This document shows, piece by piece, positions 34,920 to 44,689 of a stretch of DNA of 64,000 nucleotides. A program made the translations under genes and the position numbers. The notes beneath the pieces were generated by a model. That model did not search any database. It saw only the letters and a list, made by a program, of their open reading frames with translations, and was not told where the DNA came from. The DNA lies in the NCBI GenBank assembly GCA_963846365.1, contig CAWJVN010000007.1:1704133-1768132 (forward strand), read 5' to 3'. The stretch's first letter is position 1, and each line of letters opens with the position of its first letter. Source of the DNA: an uncultured Chloroflexia bacterium. GTDB lineage: Bacteria; Chloroflexota; Dormibacteria; Aeolococcales; Aeolococcaceae.

Positions 34920-35960
34920 TCAGACGGCGCTCACGCGCAGAAGGGACTTGATGGCGCGGCGCTCGTCCATGGCGGCGTACGCATCGGCGACGCCGTCGAG
35001 CTCGGTGGTGAAGTCGAACACCCGGCCCGGCTCGAGTCGTCCCTCCAGGACGTCGTCGAGCAGCTCCGGCAGGTAGGCACGGACGGGGGCGGGGCCGCCG
35101 AGCACGCCGCGGTTTCGGTAGAACATCTCGTTCACGGGGAGCTCCACGCCGTGGGGCACCCCGACGTAGCCCACCATCGACCCCGGCCGGGCGATCGACA
35201 GCGCCGTCGCCATCGCCTGCCCGGTTCCCACGCACTCGAGCGTGGGGTCGACGCCGACGCCGCCGGTCAGGTCGAGGACATCCGCGGTGGCCTCCTCGCC
35301 CCTTCCCGAGACGATGTCGGTGGCCCCGAACCTGCGGGCGAGCTCCTGGCGGGTGGGATTGCGACTGAGCGCGATGATGCGCCCCGCCCCCAGGCGCCTG
35401 GCCGCCAGCACCCCGCAGAGCCCGACCGCGCCGTCGCCGACGACGGCGACCGTGTCACCGGACTTCACCCGCGCGCAGACCGCCGCGTGGTGGCCGGTCC
35501 CCATCACGTCCGACAGCGCCAGGAGCGACGCCATCAGCGCGTCCGAGTGCCCCGATCCCGGCACTCGGACCAGCGTGCCGTCGGCCAACGGGACGCGCAC
35601 CGCCTCCCCCTGGCCTCCGTCGCCGTTGCCGGCCGGGAAGAAGCCACCATGCGCGCACGCGGTCGTGATCCCGTGGCGGCAGTGCGCGCAGGTTCCGTCG
35701 CTGAAGGCGAACGGCGCGATGACGAGGTCGCCCGCCGTGACCTGGCGCACCTTCGCGCCGACAGCGTCCACGACGCCGATGAACTCGTGACCGATCGGTC
35801 CCGGCTCAAAGGGAGTGTCGCCCCGGTAGTACCAGAGGTCCGAGCCGCAGACGCAGGCGAGCACGACGCGGACGACCGCATCGGAGGGCTCCACGATCGC
35901 GGGGTCGGGGCGCTCTCCGACACTGACCGAGTAGGGCTCGTGGAAGATCGCAGCACGCAT
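34920..35960 (-). CDS. zinc-dependent alcohol dehydrogenase (MDR family)
   Basis: VVRVVLACVCGSDLWYYRG, structural-zinc Cys cluster ...DGTCAHCRHG..., and Rossmann motif VAVVGDGAVGLCGV. Confidence 0.9.
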   Translation of the reverse strand: MRAAIFHEPYSVSVGERPDPAIVEPSDAVVRVVLACVCGSDLWYYRGDTPFEPGPIGHEFIGVVDAVGAKVRQVTAGDLVIAPFAFSDGTCAHCRHGITTACAHGGFFPAGNGDGGQGEAVRVPLADGTLVRVPGSGHSDALMASLLALSDVMGTGHHAAVCARVKSGDTVAVVGDGAVGLCGVLAARRLGAGRIIALSRNPTRQELARRFGATDIVSGRGEEATADVLDLTGGVGVDPTLECVGTGQAMATALSIARPGSMVGYVGVPHGVELPVNEMFYRNRGVLGGPAPVRAYLPELLDDVLEGRLEPGRVFDFTTELDGVADAYAAMDERRAIKSLLRVSAV

Positions 35961-35963
35961 GGT

Positions 35964-36110
35964 TCAGGCCTCCTCCGATGCCGGCGCAACGTCGTTGATC
36001 GCGGTGAGGGCGTTGAGCACGCGCGGGTAGCCGACGAAGGGCAGCAGCTGCGTCATGACGGCGATCAGCTGGTTCTCCCGGGCGACATCACTGATGGGCA
36101 TGGCCTGCAC
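35964..36110 (-). pseudogene. carboxymuconolactone decarboxylase-family C-terminal fragment
   Basis: Only ...ENQLIAVMTQLLPFVGYPRVLNALTAINDV... is present. There is no N-terminal part and no own start. Confidence 0.4.
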
Positions 36111-36381
36111 CCCCTGGTTGCCCTGGCATGAGCCGGATCGTGACCCGGTGCGCTTCGCCGCTCGCCACGGCTCGGCGATACCAGGGGTTGTCAGGTCCGT
36201 ACGCCGAACGCACGTACAGGTCGTCGCCAACGCGGACCACCCACATGGTCACGAATTGGCGCGGCGTCCCATCCGGACGAACCGTGGCGAGGCGCAGCTC
36301 CTCGGCATCACCGATGGGGGCGAGTTCGTCCGCGGTCCACATGACCGCGGGCCCGTTTGGGGCGGTTCCCTGCCCGCTCAT
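36088..36381 (-). pseudogene. DUF2255-family protein, C-terminally truncated and abutting the CMD fragment
   Basis: ELAPIGDAEELRLATVRPDGTPRQFVTMWVVRVGDDLYVRSAYGPDNPWYRRAV matches the DUF2255 pattern. It then degenerates. Confidence 0.45.
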
Positions 36382-37085
36382 GCGGCGCTGAGGCGGAGGA
36401 CGGCAGTACACATGCGAGCACAGTAACCATCGCGTCCCCGGCTGGGGAGTCACCACCGAGAAAGAACTGACAGGGACGCCCTTCTCACTCGACGCTCAGG
36501 TACGGTTGGCCTGTGGAGTTGACGCCAAGCCGAACCGACGAGGTATCGCCGCTCGAGCTGTTCTTCGACCCCTGACGGAGCGCCTCGACTGGCGCTGAGC
36601 AGCCGCCTCGGGAGCTCGAGCGGGTCGCCTTCCGGTCAGCCGCGGCAGACCACGTCCCGAGAGGATCCGGTTATGCCTGCCCGCACGTCATTTGTTGGCA
36701 TCGGCGCGGTGCCGTATCGGGCGCCACAGTAGTGCGACCCAGCCGACGATGGTTATGGGAATGCCATCAGCATGAGCAGCCGATGGAGCCCCACCCCGAG
36801 GTGGTCGAGACCGAGCCCGAGCACCGTGAGGCCCGTGCCGACGATGACGAGGCCGGCCAGTCTCCACCACGTCATATCCAGGTGCCACTGCGAGGCAAGG
36901 TGGCGGGGAAGCAAACTCGCGTCGGCGGCCCTTCTGGGGTTCGCTGCCCACGAAAGACCGCCGACCGTCGTCCAGCCACCCAGGACACCCTCGTATCCTC
37001 CACGTACAAGGTCCCACATCGACATGCCCACGATCCCCTCTGAGGTGGCCTCTACATGCTGGCGTCTACATGATAAGGAGCGGCG

Positions 37086-37283
37086 GTGACCAAGCCTCAG
37101 CGACACTGGGCGGCGCTGATCATCCCCACGCCCGGCGCCGACCTGGAGGAGGTCGAGGTGGATGCGGCCACCGAGCGGGAGGCGCGCGAGAAGGCTCACG
37201 CTGAGGCGCTCGCCCGGTACGGGGGTAAGGCGAGGATCGCCGGCATCGAAGTGCGCGCAAGTCGTGGCGGGGACAGCGCCTGA
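37086..37283 (+). CDS. small hypothetical protein (65 aa)
   Basis: The GTG start is preceded by AAGGAG. Translation: MTKPQRHWAALIIPTPGADLEEVEVDAATEREAREKAHAEALARYGGKARIAGIEVRA... Confidence 0.4.
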   Translation: MTKPQRHWAALIIPTPGADLEEVEVDAATEREAREKAHAEALARYGGKARIAGIEVRASRGGDSA

Positions 37284-37452
37284 GTCGGGCCGATCGTCGC
37301 CGTCAGCACCATCTGCATGCTTTCCTTCGGAGCTTCCATCAGCGTCGGGAACCCTGGGCCACCCCACGGCGCGTCAACCTTCCCGAGGTGGAGGCCCGAA
37401 GGCCAAGGGACTGCGCGAACGGGACCCTAAGCCCAAGGTGGATGATCGATGT

Positions 37453-37783
37453 GTGTACCCCTTCGAGAGGTTCTCCGACGACGCCAAGCGAGCGCTGACC
37501 CTCACCCAGGCTGAGGCAGAGCGGTCGCACCTCTCCTACATCGGCACCGAGCACCTCCTCCTCGGCGTGTTGGGGCTTGGGCGTGCGAGTGCTCGCCGAG
37601 CTGGGCATCGACGTGAAGGCGGTCCGCACAAGGCTGGCCTCCATGCCGCCCGACAAACGCAACATCGTTCAGCAGATCATCCAAACGTCGCGGGTCAGGA
37701 GGCCAGCCTCCGAGACGATCGACGCCGAAGCGGTTCGCGTCCCAGCGCCTCGCGGGCGGACGCGCTCAGTGCATGCGCGCTGA
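37453..37783 (+). pseudogene. Clp N-terminal (Clp_N repeat) domain protein, frameshifted near 37580
   Basis: YPFERFSDDAKRALTLTQAEAERSHLSYIGTEHLLLGVLGLG, then the other frame VRVLAELGIDVKAVRTRLASM.... This is the canonical ClpA/B/C N-domain repeat pattern. Confidence 0.55.
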
Positions 37784-37830
37784 CATCATGTATGGCGAGG
37801 TCACGTCGCCAGAAAAGCCCTCGGCGTCCG

Positions 37831-38022
37831 TCAGGCGGAGATCGTGATGTTGGTCCCGAGGAGGATCAGGGGCCACAACAGCACCGCAAGAAGCGCAGAG
37901 AGCACGCTCCCGAGGCTACCCAGACTGCCGAAGTAGTGATGGTTGGCCGCCACGAGCACACCGATCACCAGCCAGACCACGGGAACCAGGGACATCGACC
38001 GTCGTCGGTACATCGTCGTCAT
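37831..38022 (-). CDS. small membrane protein (63 aa)
   Basis: SLVPVVWLVIGVLVAANHHYFGSLGSLGSVLSALLAVLLWPLILLG gives two TM helices. Confidence 0.5.
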   Translation of the reverse strand: MTTMYRRRSMSLVPVVWLVIGVLVAANHHYFGSLGSLGSVLSALLAVLLWPLILLGTNITISA

Positions 38023-38609
38023 GTCGCCCCTCGACCGGTCAGCGCTGTTCGCGGGTAGCCTGCGAAGTCCTGTAGGCGCTTGATCGTTTCGACTATAATA
38101 ACAGAACTGTCAGTATTATTGATGGGTGAGGTTGGAGCGACGGTCACCGGTCTTGCCGGCGGCTCCAGGCCGACCGGCAGGCTGACCTTCTTCCTGTGCG
38201 GTCCGAGGCAGGTCACCCCGGCCGGGTGCCCGACATCGCGCGGCGGCCAGGTGGGCGATCCGCAGTCGGTGAAGTGCGGCGACGGCATCATCACGTCGGG
38301 TACCGCCAAGCCCACGACACCGGGCAGCCTACAAGTACGCGAGGCCGGCCGCTGAGCACGGGCGTGACGCGGCCAGGGCCCTCACGGTCCCGTTGTTCGG
38401 CTACCGGGGTGGTGGCGGCGAGAGGACCGAGGCTCAGGCGGGTGTTCAGGAGCGCTCGCGGCCACACCGCTCGCCGGTGCCGACCGCTTCCTCCTCACTC
38501 CCGGCGGGATCTCGATCCCCGCGCGACACCTCGAATCCAAGCGACGGCAGTCGGACCGCAGGGCCGGTCGGCGCAGTCCCGAACACGAGGAGTAGGGCTG
38601 AGGAGGCCG

Positions 38610-39353
38610 TCAGTCCGGCGGTTCGGCCATCGCGTCGGTGAATCGTCGCTCGATCTCAGGGTCCGAGGATGGGGCGGACATGTGGCGCATGGCCTCTCGT
38701 AGCCGGGGATTGTCGGGCGCCTCATCCTCGATCAGAGGAATGAGGTCTGCAGCGTGATCGAGGTTGATCGGCTCGAGCCATTCGATGGCCGCCCGGGCTC
38801 TCAGGCGAGGGTCCTCCTCGTACCTGAGGTATCGCAGGAACAGGTCCCAGGCCAATTCCGGATCGAACATGATGAGGTCCTGCATGAAGTCGTACGCCCA
38901 GAAGTCCACGGCGACGTCGCGTCGCTGGGATCGGCCGTTCTCGGGGCGCCAGTTCATCTGGAACCTGCTCCACGTGGTGAAGAGGAGGCCGAGCCCCAGG
39001 ACCTCGACGACGTGGCGTGGATCGGTGCCACCGATGGGCAGGGCAAGGGCTCGCGCAACCACGGATGCGACACCCGGATCGACACGGGACCGTTCGGCGA
39101 GCCTGGTCTCCAGGGACGATCTCTCGGGTGACGCCGCAATGGCCGCGCGCACGCCGTGGGCGAGCATCTCCTGCTCGTCGTCGCTGAGCCTGTCCGACCA
39201 GAGGCTCAGGATGGCGTCGACCCAGGTGTCGGGTGACGCCGAGGCGAGTTGCTGGAGGTCTGCGGTGCGCTTCCACGGCTCTGGCCCGTCGCGCCAGGCT
39301 TGGAACGCCTCGACGATGGCTTGGCTGTCTCCGGGATCAGGCATGGCCCACAT
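38610..39353 (-). CDS. hypothetical protein (247 aa)
   Basis: MWAMPDPGDSQAIVEAFQAWRDG...DFWAYDFMQDLIMFDPELAWDLFLRYLRYEEDPRLRARAAIEWLEPI... is well-balanced and helical. The upstream part of the 505-aa ORF is Arg/Pro-rich and not coding-like. Confidence 0.55.
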   Translation of the reverse strand: MWAMPDPGDSQAIVEAFQAWRDGPEPWKRTADLQQLASASPDTWVDAILSLWSDRLSDDEQEMLAHGVRAAIAASPERSSLETRLAERSRVDPGVASVVARALALPIGGTDPRHVVEVLGLGLLFTTWSRFQMNWRPENGRSQRRDVAVDFWAYDFMQDLIMFDPELAWDLFLRYLRYEEDPRLRARAAIEWLEPINLDHAADLIPLIEDEAPDNPRLREAMRHMSAPSSDPEIERRFTDAMAEPPD

Positions 39354-39553
39354 TCTCGCCGACCGGTGAGAGCAAGCGGGAGGCTGCAGACGGTGGAGCG
39401 GGAGGCGAGGCTCGAACTCGCGACCCGCGATGAGGTTCCTCAGCGGATCAGCCGGACGTCGACGGCGACCTGGGGCCCACGGCGGCGCGGATCGCCTGCT
39501 CGGGCATGCCTCGGGCCTGGGATGCGTGTTGCGATCCGCAGTGGATGTGCCGC

Positions 39554-40708
39554 TCAGGCCGATGCCGTGCCGAGCACTCGCTGACGCAGAGTCCGGGCGA
39601 CCTCGGCCGGGCTCGGCAGGCCGGCCATCTCCCCGGCGAGGCGTCGCGCGGATGCGGCGTAGTCCGGATCCGCGAGGATCATGCGCACCGCCTCGCGCAC
39701 AGCGGGGGCGGACACCTCCCCGGGGAGGAGCGACCGCCCCGCGCCGGCCGCGGCGATGAGATCGCCGTTGATGAAATTGTCGGCACCCTGGGGGATCACC
39801 AGCTGCGGGAGGCCGTGGGCGACCGACCCGAGCATCGTTCCCGACCCCCCGTGGTGGACGACGGCCGCGCATCGCGGGAACAGCTCCGTCTGCGGGATGA
39901 ACCGCTCCACCCGGGCGTTGGCGGGGACGGGGTCCAGGCCTGCGGGGTCCTGGTCGGACCCGACGGTCATCACCACGTCGACGTCCTGGTCGGCGAGGCC
40001 GTCGAGGATGGCGCGGAGCACCTGGACGTTCATGCCGAAGAAGGTCCCGAGCGTGGCGTAGACGAGCGAACGCCCGGAGGACTCGGCCGCCGGCTGTGGC
40101 GGCGGGACCGAGAGCATGCGCAGGCACTCCCCGGAGGGCAGTGGCTCCGCGTCCAGCGACGGGGGTGCGACCGCGATGGTGATCCCGCGGTACATGCCGC
40201 CGAGCACCGGCGCAGCGCAGCCGAAGGACCGCCAGAGAGGCGAGACGGCATCGTTGGCGAGCTCCATCACCTCGCGGGGGACCATCGGGCTGATCAGGTG
40301 ATGGATCCCGGGAACGCCCAGGATCTCCGCGGCCAGAGGCCCGGCGAAGGCGTAGGTCTCGTAGACCACGACGTCGGGTTGCAGCTCTCGGCCGCAGGCG
40401 ATCACGTCGTCGATCATGTCGGGTGCGGCGATCTCCCCGAAGAGCCGGGGGAGAAAGTAGTGATTGATGCGCGTCGGCGGCAGTCCGTCCCCGGGAAAGC
40501 CCCGAACCCGCGAGCGGAGGGTGTCGAACCAGTCCGTCTCCCCATGGCCCGCCTGCCGGAACGCCGCCCCGATGCGTGCCACCACGCCTGCCGGGTCGAC
40601 CCCGGCTGCGACCACCACGGTGTCGCCCTGGGCGAGCAGCGCCTCCACCAGCGGGAGGACCGGGTTCACGTGCCCCGCACCCGGGATGGACACCACCAGG
40701 ATCTTCAT
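39554..40708 (-). CDS. GT1-family (MGT/UDP-glycosyltransferase-like) glycosyltransferase
   Basis: MKILVVSIPGAGHVNPVLPLVEALLAQGDTVVV at the N-terminus. The C-terminal donor-binding block is VVHHGGSGTMLGSVAHGLPQLVIPQGADNFINGD. Confidence 0.85.
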   Translation of the reverse strand: MKILVVSIPGAGHVNPVLPLVEALLAQGDTVVVAAGVDPAGVVARIGAAFRQAGHGETDWFDTLRSRVRGFPGDGLPPTRINHYFLPRLFGEIAAPDMIDDVIACGRELQPDVVVYETYAFAGPLAAEILGVPGIHHLISPMVPREVMELANDAVSPLWRSFGCAAPVLGGMYRGITIAVAPPSLDAEPLPSGECLRMLSVPPPQPAAESSGRSLVYATLGTFFGMNVQVLRAILDGLADQDVDVVMTVGSDQDPAGLDPVPANARVERFIPQTELFPRCAAVVHHGGSGTMLGSVAHGLPQLVIPQGADNFINGDLIAAAGAGRSLLPGEVSAPAVREAVRMILADPDYAASARRLAGEMAGLPSPAEVARTLRQRVLGTASA

Positions 40709-40779
40709 CCGACGCACGGCTGGATGGTAGCCCTCCGCCTCATGCAGGGTTCGGTACGGGGCGAGGCCGTCGTGACCGA

Positions 40780-41016
40780 TCAGTCTTGGGGCAGCAGAGC
40801 GAAATCCTGCTTGGCTCGCCGGTACCATCCCATGCCTCCAATGGGATTCCTCCACCGGCCCCTCATCTCCTTCAACGCGGTCTCGTGGGTGTCATCACCG
40901 CCGGCGACCACGTCCTTGAGGTGTTGATCCTGGGCCTTGATCACGATATTCGCGGTCTCGCCCCGGTGCGGAAGGTCGCACGGTCCGCCCAATTGCCGGC
41001 ATGTCATTGTCTTCAT
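40780..41016 (-). CDS. DUF1059-like small protein
   Basis: MKTMTCRQLGGPCDLPHRGETANIVIKAQDQHLKDVV resembles the DUF1059 N-terminal pattern. Confidence 0.5.
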   Translation of the reverse strand: MKTMTCRQLGGPCDLPHRGETANIVIKAQDQHLKDVVAGGDDTHETALKEMRGRWRNPIGGMGWYRRAKQDFALLPQD

Positions 41017-41041
41017 CAGTCGTGGCTCCACCCTCGGCCCT

Positions 41042-41452
41042 TCAGCTCTGTTGGTTGATGCGGATCAGGTTGCCGGCGGGGTCGCGAAACGCGCAGTCGC
41101 GAATCCCGTAGGGCTGGTCGGTGGGCTCCTGGACGACCTCGGCGCCTCTGGCCTCCAACTGCGCGAAGGTACCGTCGACGTCGGCGGTGGCCAGGACGAC
41201 GATGCCGTAGGTGCCCTTCGCCATCATCTCGGCGATCATGCGGCGCTCGTCGTCGGTGACACCGGGGCTTGCGGACGGCGGATACAGGACGATGGATGTG
41301 CTGGGCTGGTCGGGCGGGCCGACTGTGACCCAGCGCATCTTGGCGTTTCCAACGTCGGCACGAACCTCGAAACCGAGGGTATCGCGGTAGAAGGCCAGGG
41401 ATTCGTCGGGGTCGTCGTGCGGCAGGAAACTGCTGAGAATTCTGATGTCCAT
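41042..41452 (-). CDS. VOC-family (glyoxalase/bleomycin-resistance fold) protein
   Basis: DESLAFYRDTLGFEVRADV...VDGTFAQLEARGAEVVQEPTDQPYGIRDCAFRDPAGNLIRI. Confidence 0.85.
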   Translation of the reverse strand: MDIRILSSFLPHDDPDESLAFYRDTLGFEVRADVGNAKMRWVTVGPPDQPSTSIVLYPPSASPGVTDDERRMIAEMMAKGTYGIVVLATADVDGTFAQLEARGAEVVQEPTDQPYGIRDCAFRDPAGNLIRINQQS

Positions 41453-41461
41453 GCCGGCATT

Positions 41462-41944
41462 CTAGCCAGGGGTCGCGATCGAAGCTTCTCGATTCCTGAC
41501 CGGTCTGGTCACCTGTTTCGCCACGCACGCCGGCATGCCCACCGTCGAGAGCGCAGCCCTGTCCCGGTAGGTGCTGGGTGGCATCCCGACCAGTTCGGTG
41601 AAGCGAGTGCTGAAGGTGCCCAACGACGAGAATCCGACCGCAAAACAGACCTCGGTGACGCTGAGGCGACCACATCGCAGCAGCGCCATTGCGCGTTCGA
41701 TGCGTCGCGTCATGAGGTACGAATACGGCGACTCACAGTAGGCGAGCCTGAACTCGCGGCTGAGGTGCCCGGCCGACATATTCGCGCCGCGGGCGAGCGC
41801 GTCGACGTCCAGTGGCTGTGCGTATTCCCGGTCGATCCGGTCGCGGACTTTGCGCAGGCGGGCCAGGTCCCGGAGCTGCCGCGCTTCGGCAGGTGTGAAG
41901 GTCACGGCATCATCGTGCCACGCGGCGCCGGCGAAGCGGGGCAC
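41462..41944 (-). CDS. AraC-family transcriptional regulator
   Basis: LARGANMSAGHLSREFRLAYCESPYSYLMTRRIERAMALLRCGRLSVTEVCFAVGFSSLGTFSTRFTELVGMPPSTYR is a double HTH_18. Confidence 0.85.
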   Translation of the reverse strand: MPRFAGAAWHDDAVTFTPAEARQLRDLARLRKVRDRIDREYAQPLDVDALARGANMSAGHLSREFRLAYCESPYSYLMTRRIERAMALLRCGRLSVTEVCFAVGFSSLGTFSTRFTELVGMPPSTYRDRAALSTVGMPACVAKQVTRPVRNREASIATPG

Positions 41945-41947
41945 GAG

Positions 41948-42328
41948 CGGTCGAACCGTTACCAGGAGGGGGTCGCTGCGCTCGACCCGACCGCTGGGAG
42001 CTCGTCGTCGCCGGACAGTGGGTCAAGCGAGGTGAGATGCGCATCGGCCGTTAACACCTGCATCGCCTCGGTACCCCACACTGCCAACAGACGCTCACCG
42101 CTGCGTCACGGGCGGCGCGCACCGCCTCCGCGCCGGTCAGGCTGGTGATGACGACATCGGCGTCGCCGGCCGCCTCGGCGGGCGAGGCGACGGCGCGGCC
42201 CACGCCCACAGCTCCGCACGGGCCCGGGTCCGGTTCCAGAGGACCGGCTCGAGGCCGGCCCCGGCGAGGCGCCGGGCGAGGGCCGAACCCATCCGCCCGG
42301 CGCCGAGGATGGCGACCCGCGTGCTCAT
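41948..42328 (-). pseudogene. NAD(P)-binding dehydrogenase (3-hydroxyisobutyrate/6-phosphogluconate dehydrogenase-like) remnant
   Basis: MSTRVAILGAGRMGSALARRLAGAGLEPVLWNRTRARAE is a Rossmann N-terminus; its ATG overlaps the upstream AKR stop (ATGA). The reading frame breaks at least twice (VGRAVASPAEAAGDADVVITSLTGAEAV is in another frame), and the C-terminal two thirds are absent. Confidence 0.55.
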
Positions 42329-43347
42329 GCCGTCACCCTCCGGTCCGACTCCACCGGCCCGGAGCCCGCCCCGGTCCTGAGCAGCGCCTGGGTGATCTCT
42401 GCCAGGTCCTCGGCGGTCAGCTGAAGAGACCCGGCGCCGATCCAGCCCTCGACCTGGGCGGCGTCGCGGGCGCCGACGATGGCGCCGGTCACGCCCGGCC
42501 ACGCCAGCGTCCAGGCCACGGCCACCGCCGAGACCGTCGCACCGTGGCGCTCGGCGACCGGACGCAGCGCGTCGCGCAGGGCGAGGTTGCGCGACAGGTT
42601 CGGCTCGACGAAGGGCGCGGAGCCCCGCCGCCAGTCGTCGCCGGCCATGCGCGCGACCCGCTCCGCCGAGAACGTGTCGGTGAGGATGCCCGACTGCATC
42701 GGGCTGTAGACGATCACCCCGGTGCCGCGCGCCGCCACCCAGGGGATGACGTCGGCGCCGGCGTCGCGCCGGATCAGCGAGAAGGGAGGCTGCAGCGAGT
42801 CCACGTGGCGGATCGCCTCGGCCCGCTCGAACAGGGCGATGTCGAAGTTCGAGACGCCGGCGGCGCGAACCTTGCCCTCGTCCACGAGGCGGGCCATCTC
42901 GCCCCACGACTCCTCGATGGGGGTGCCGATCGCATCGGGCCAGTGGAACTGGTAGAGGTCGATGCGCTCGACGCCGAGGCGGGTGAGCGACGCCTCGACC
43001 TCGCGGCGGATCGAGGCGGGCTGCAGGCTGCGCTGCGGCTCGTCGTACGGCCTGGCCGGGTCGGGAACCATGCCGCCCTTGGTGAAGACGTGGGGGCGGT
43101 CCGCCGCGGGGATCCCGCGCAGCGCCCGGCCCACCACCTCCTCGGAATGGCCGAGTCCGTAGATGGCTGCGGTGTCGATCCAGTTCACACCCCGGCGGAC
43201 CGCCTCGTGGATGGCCGCGATCGAGCGGGTGTCGTCCTGCGGCCCCCAGCCGTAGGCCCAGCCGCCCCCTCCGATCGCCCAGGCTCCGAAGCCCACCGTG
43301 GTGATCTCGAGGTCGGTGGTGCCGAGCCGTCGCATGTTCAGCGTCAT
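42325..43347 (-). CDS. aldo/keto reductase
   Basis: LGTTDLEITTVGFGAWAIGG...VNWIDTAAIYGLGHSEEVVGRAL...IDLYQFHWPD...VRAAGVSNF. Confidence 0.9.
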   Translation of the reverse strand: MTLNMRRLGTTDLEITTVGFGAWAIGGGGWAYGWGPQDDTRSIAAIHEAVRRGVNWIDTAAIYGLGHSEEVVGRALRGIPAADRPHVFTKGGMVPDPARPYDEPQRSLQPASIRREVEASLTRLGVERIDLYQFHWPDAIGTPIEESWGEMARLVDEGKVRAAGVSNFDIALFERAEAIRHVDSLQPPFSLIRRDAGADVIPWVAARGTGVIVYSPMQSGILTDTFSAERVARMAGDDWRRGSAPFVEPNLSRNLALRDALRPVAERHGATVSAVAVAWTLAWPGVTGAIVGARDAAQVEGWIGAGSLQLTAEDLAEITQALLRTGAGSGPVESDRRVTA

Positions 43348-43441
43348 CGGTGAGCACTCCGTGTGGGATGTATTTCGACATCAAGATACTCTGAGAGGTA
43401 CTACGTAGTCAAGAGGCTCCACGTCGAAGTATCATCAGTCC

Positions 43442-44017
43442 ATGACCCAGGACGCCATCGACCGGATCGTCGAGGAGTGGAACCGCGAGCGGCCCGAGCT
43501 CGACGGCTCGCCGACCCACGTCCTGCAGCGCATCACCCGGCTCTACCTGCTGCAGTCGGCCAGCTTCGCGGAGGTCTTCGGTCGCCACGGCCTCACCTTC
43601 GGCGAGTACGAGGTGCTGGCCGCCCTGGTGCGGTCAGGTCCGCCCCACCGGATGAAGCCGAGCGAGCTGGTCGGTGCCGTGGTGCTCTCGTCGGGGGCGA
43701 TGACCCACCGCATCGACCGGGTCGAGGCCGCGGGCATGGTCGAACGCCTCCCCGATCCCGACGACCGCCGCGGCACCCTCGTGGTGCTCAGGGAGAAGGG
43801 GCGCCAGGTCGTCGACGAGGCGGTGCGCGCCCACCTCGCGAACGAGGAGCGGCTCCTGGCAGCGCTCTCCGCCGAGGAGCGCCGCCAGCTCACCGACCTG
43901 CTGCGCAGGCTGCTCGTCTCCGAGCCCTTCGTTGCCCTGGCCCCGGATCGCTCCGCCGCCACCAACGGCCGGGCCGTCGACCCCGCGGGGCGAGCCCGGA
44001 GGCCCCGCCGCCGATGA
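43442..44017 (+). CDS. MarR-family transcriptional regulator
   Basis: LTFGEYEVLAALVRSGPPHRMKPSELVGAVVLSSGAMTHRIDRVEAAGMVERLPDPDDRRGTLVVL is a wHTH with the DRR wing. Confidence 0.85.
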   Translation: MTQDAIDRIVEEWNRERPELDGSPTHVLQRITRLYLLQSASFAEVFGRHGLTFGEYEVLAALVRSGPPHRMKPSELVGAVVLSSGAMTHRIDRVEAAGMVERLPDPDDRRGTLVVLREKGRQVVDEAVRAHLANEERLLAALSAEERRQLTDLLRRLLVSEPFVALAPDRSAATNGRAVDPAGRARRPRRR

Positions 44018-44071
44018 GCCGGGCCGGTGGCGTCACACCTCCCCCCAGGCCGACTACCCTCGGCGCCAGCG

Positions 44072-44533
44072 ATGAACCAGGTTCGCATCGAACGGGTCGA
44101 CCCACGTCCGCTTGCGGCGATTCGCGCGACCACCACCCGCGGGCGGCTGGGGACGGACATCCTGAGACTCCTGGACATCATCTGGCCGGTTCTTCGCGAG
44201 CAGAGGGTCCGCACCGGGCACAACGTCGTCGTGTATCTGGGCAGCGAGGCCGGCACCCTGCTCGTCGACGTCGGCGTCGAGGCCCTCTCCGAGTTCGCAC
44301 CTCGAGGTGAGATCCGGGCGACGTCGACGCCGTCGGGCGAGGTCGCGACCACGGCGCACCACGGCGAGTACTCGGCCCTCGCGCCGGCGTACGCCGCACT
44401 GGAGCGGACCTGCAGGGAGACCGGACGCCGCCCCACCGGAATCAGCTGGGAGGTCTACGGCGACTGGGACGACGACCCGGCGCGACGCCGAACCGATCTC
44501 TTCCTCCTGCTGGAGCCGGAACCGGAGGGCTGA
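44072..44533 (+). CDS. GyrI-like small-molecule-binding domain protein
   Basis: VRIERVDPRPLAAIRATT...TTAHHGEYSALAPAYAALERTCRETGRRPTGISWEVYGDW. The start is set at ATG 44072. Confidence 0.65.
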   Translation: MNQVRIERVDPRPLAAIRATTTRGRLGTDILRLLDIIWPVLREQRVRTGHNVVVYLGSEAGTLLVDVGVEALSEFAPRGEIRATSTPSGEVATTAHHGEYSALAPAYAALERTCRETGRRPTGISWEVYGDWDDDPARRRTDLFLLLEPEPEG

Positions 44534-44689
44534 GCACGCGGGACCGATGACCGGACGCGGCCGACCCACACCGCCCTGTCGATGAAGCCGGCGGCGAGAC
44601 GGACGCAGGTAGGCTAGGTGCCGGCCGTGCCGGATTCAGTCGACGCCCGCCGCGGAGCGCTCCGCCCGGCCGGTGACAGGAGGACCACG

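Noticed and set aside
36753-37025. Possible 90-aa membrane protein on the minus strand (MSMWDLVRGG...WWRLAGLVIVGTGLTVLGLGL...MLMAFP)
   Set aside because: There is one plausible TM helix. However, alternative ORFs exist on the plus strand, a possible continuation lies in another frame, and there is no RBS. The support is too weak to list as a feature.
38080-38355. 91-aa plus-strand ORF containing TGRLTFFLCGP...VKCGDGIITSGTAKPTTPGS
   Set aside because: It resembles one Ig-like/Cna-B-type repeat of actinobacterial surface proteins, but it lacks a signal peptide, an anchor and the rest of the repeat. I treat it as a gene fragment, not a functional CDS.
43348-43441. Possible MarR operator in the AKR/MarR divergent intergenic region (TTTCGAC ... 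GTCGAAG, GATACT ... AGTATC)
   Set aside because: The inverted repeats are imperfect and widely spaced, and I could not define a convincing palindrome.
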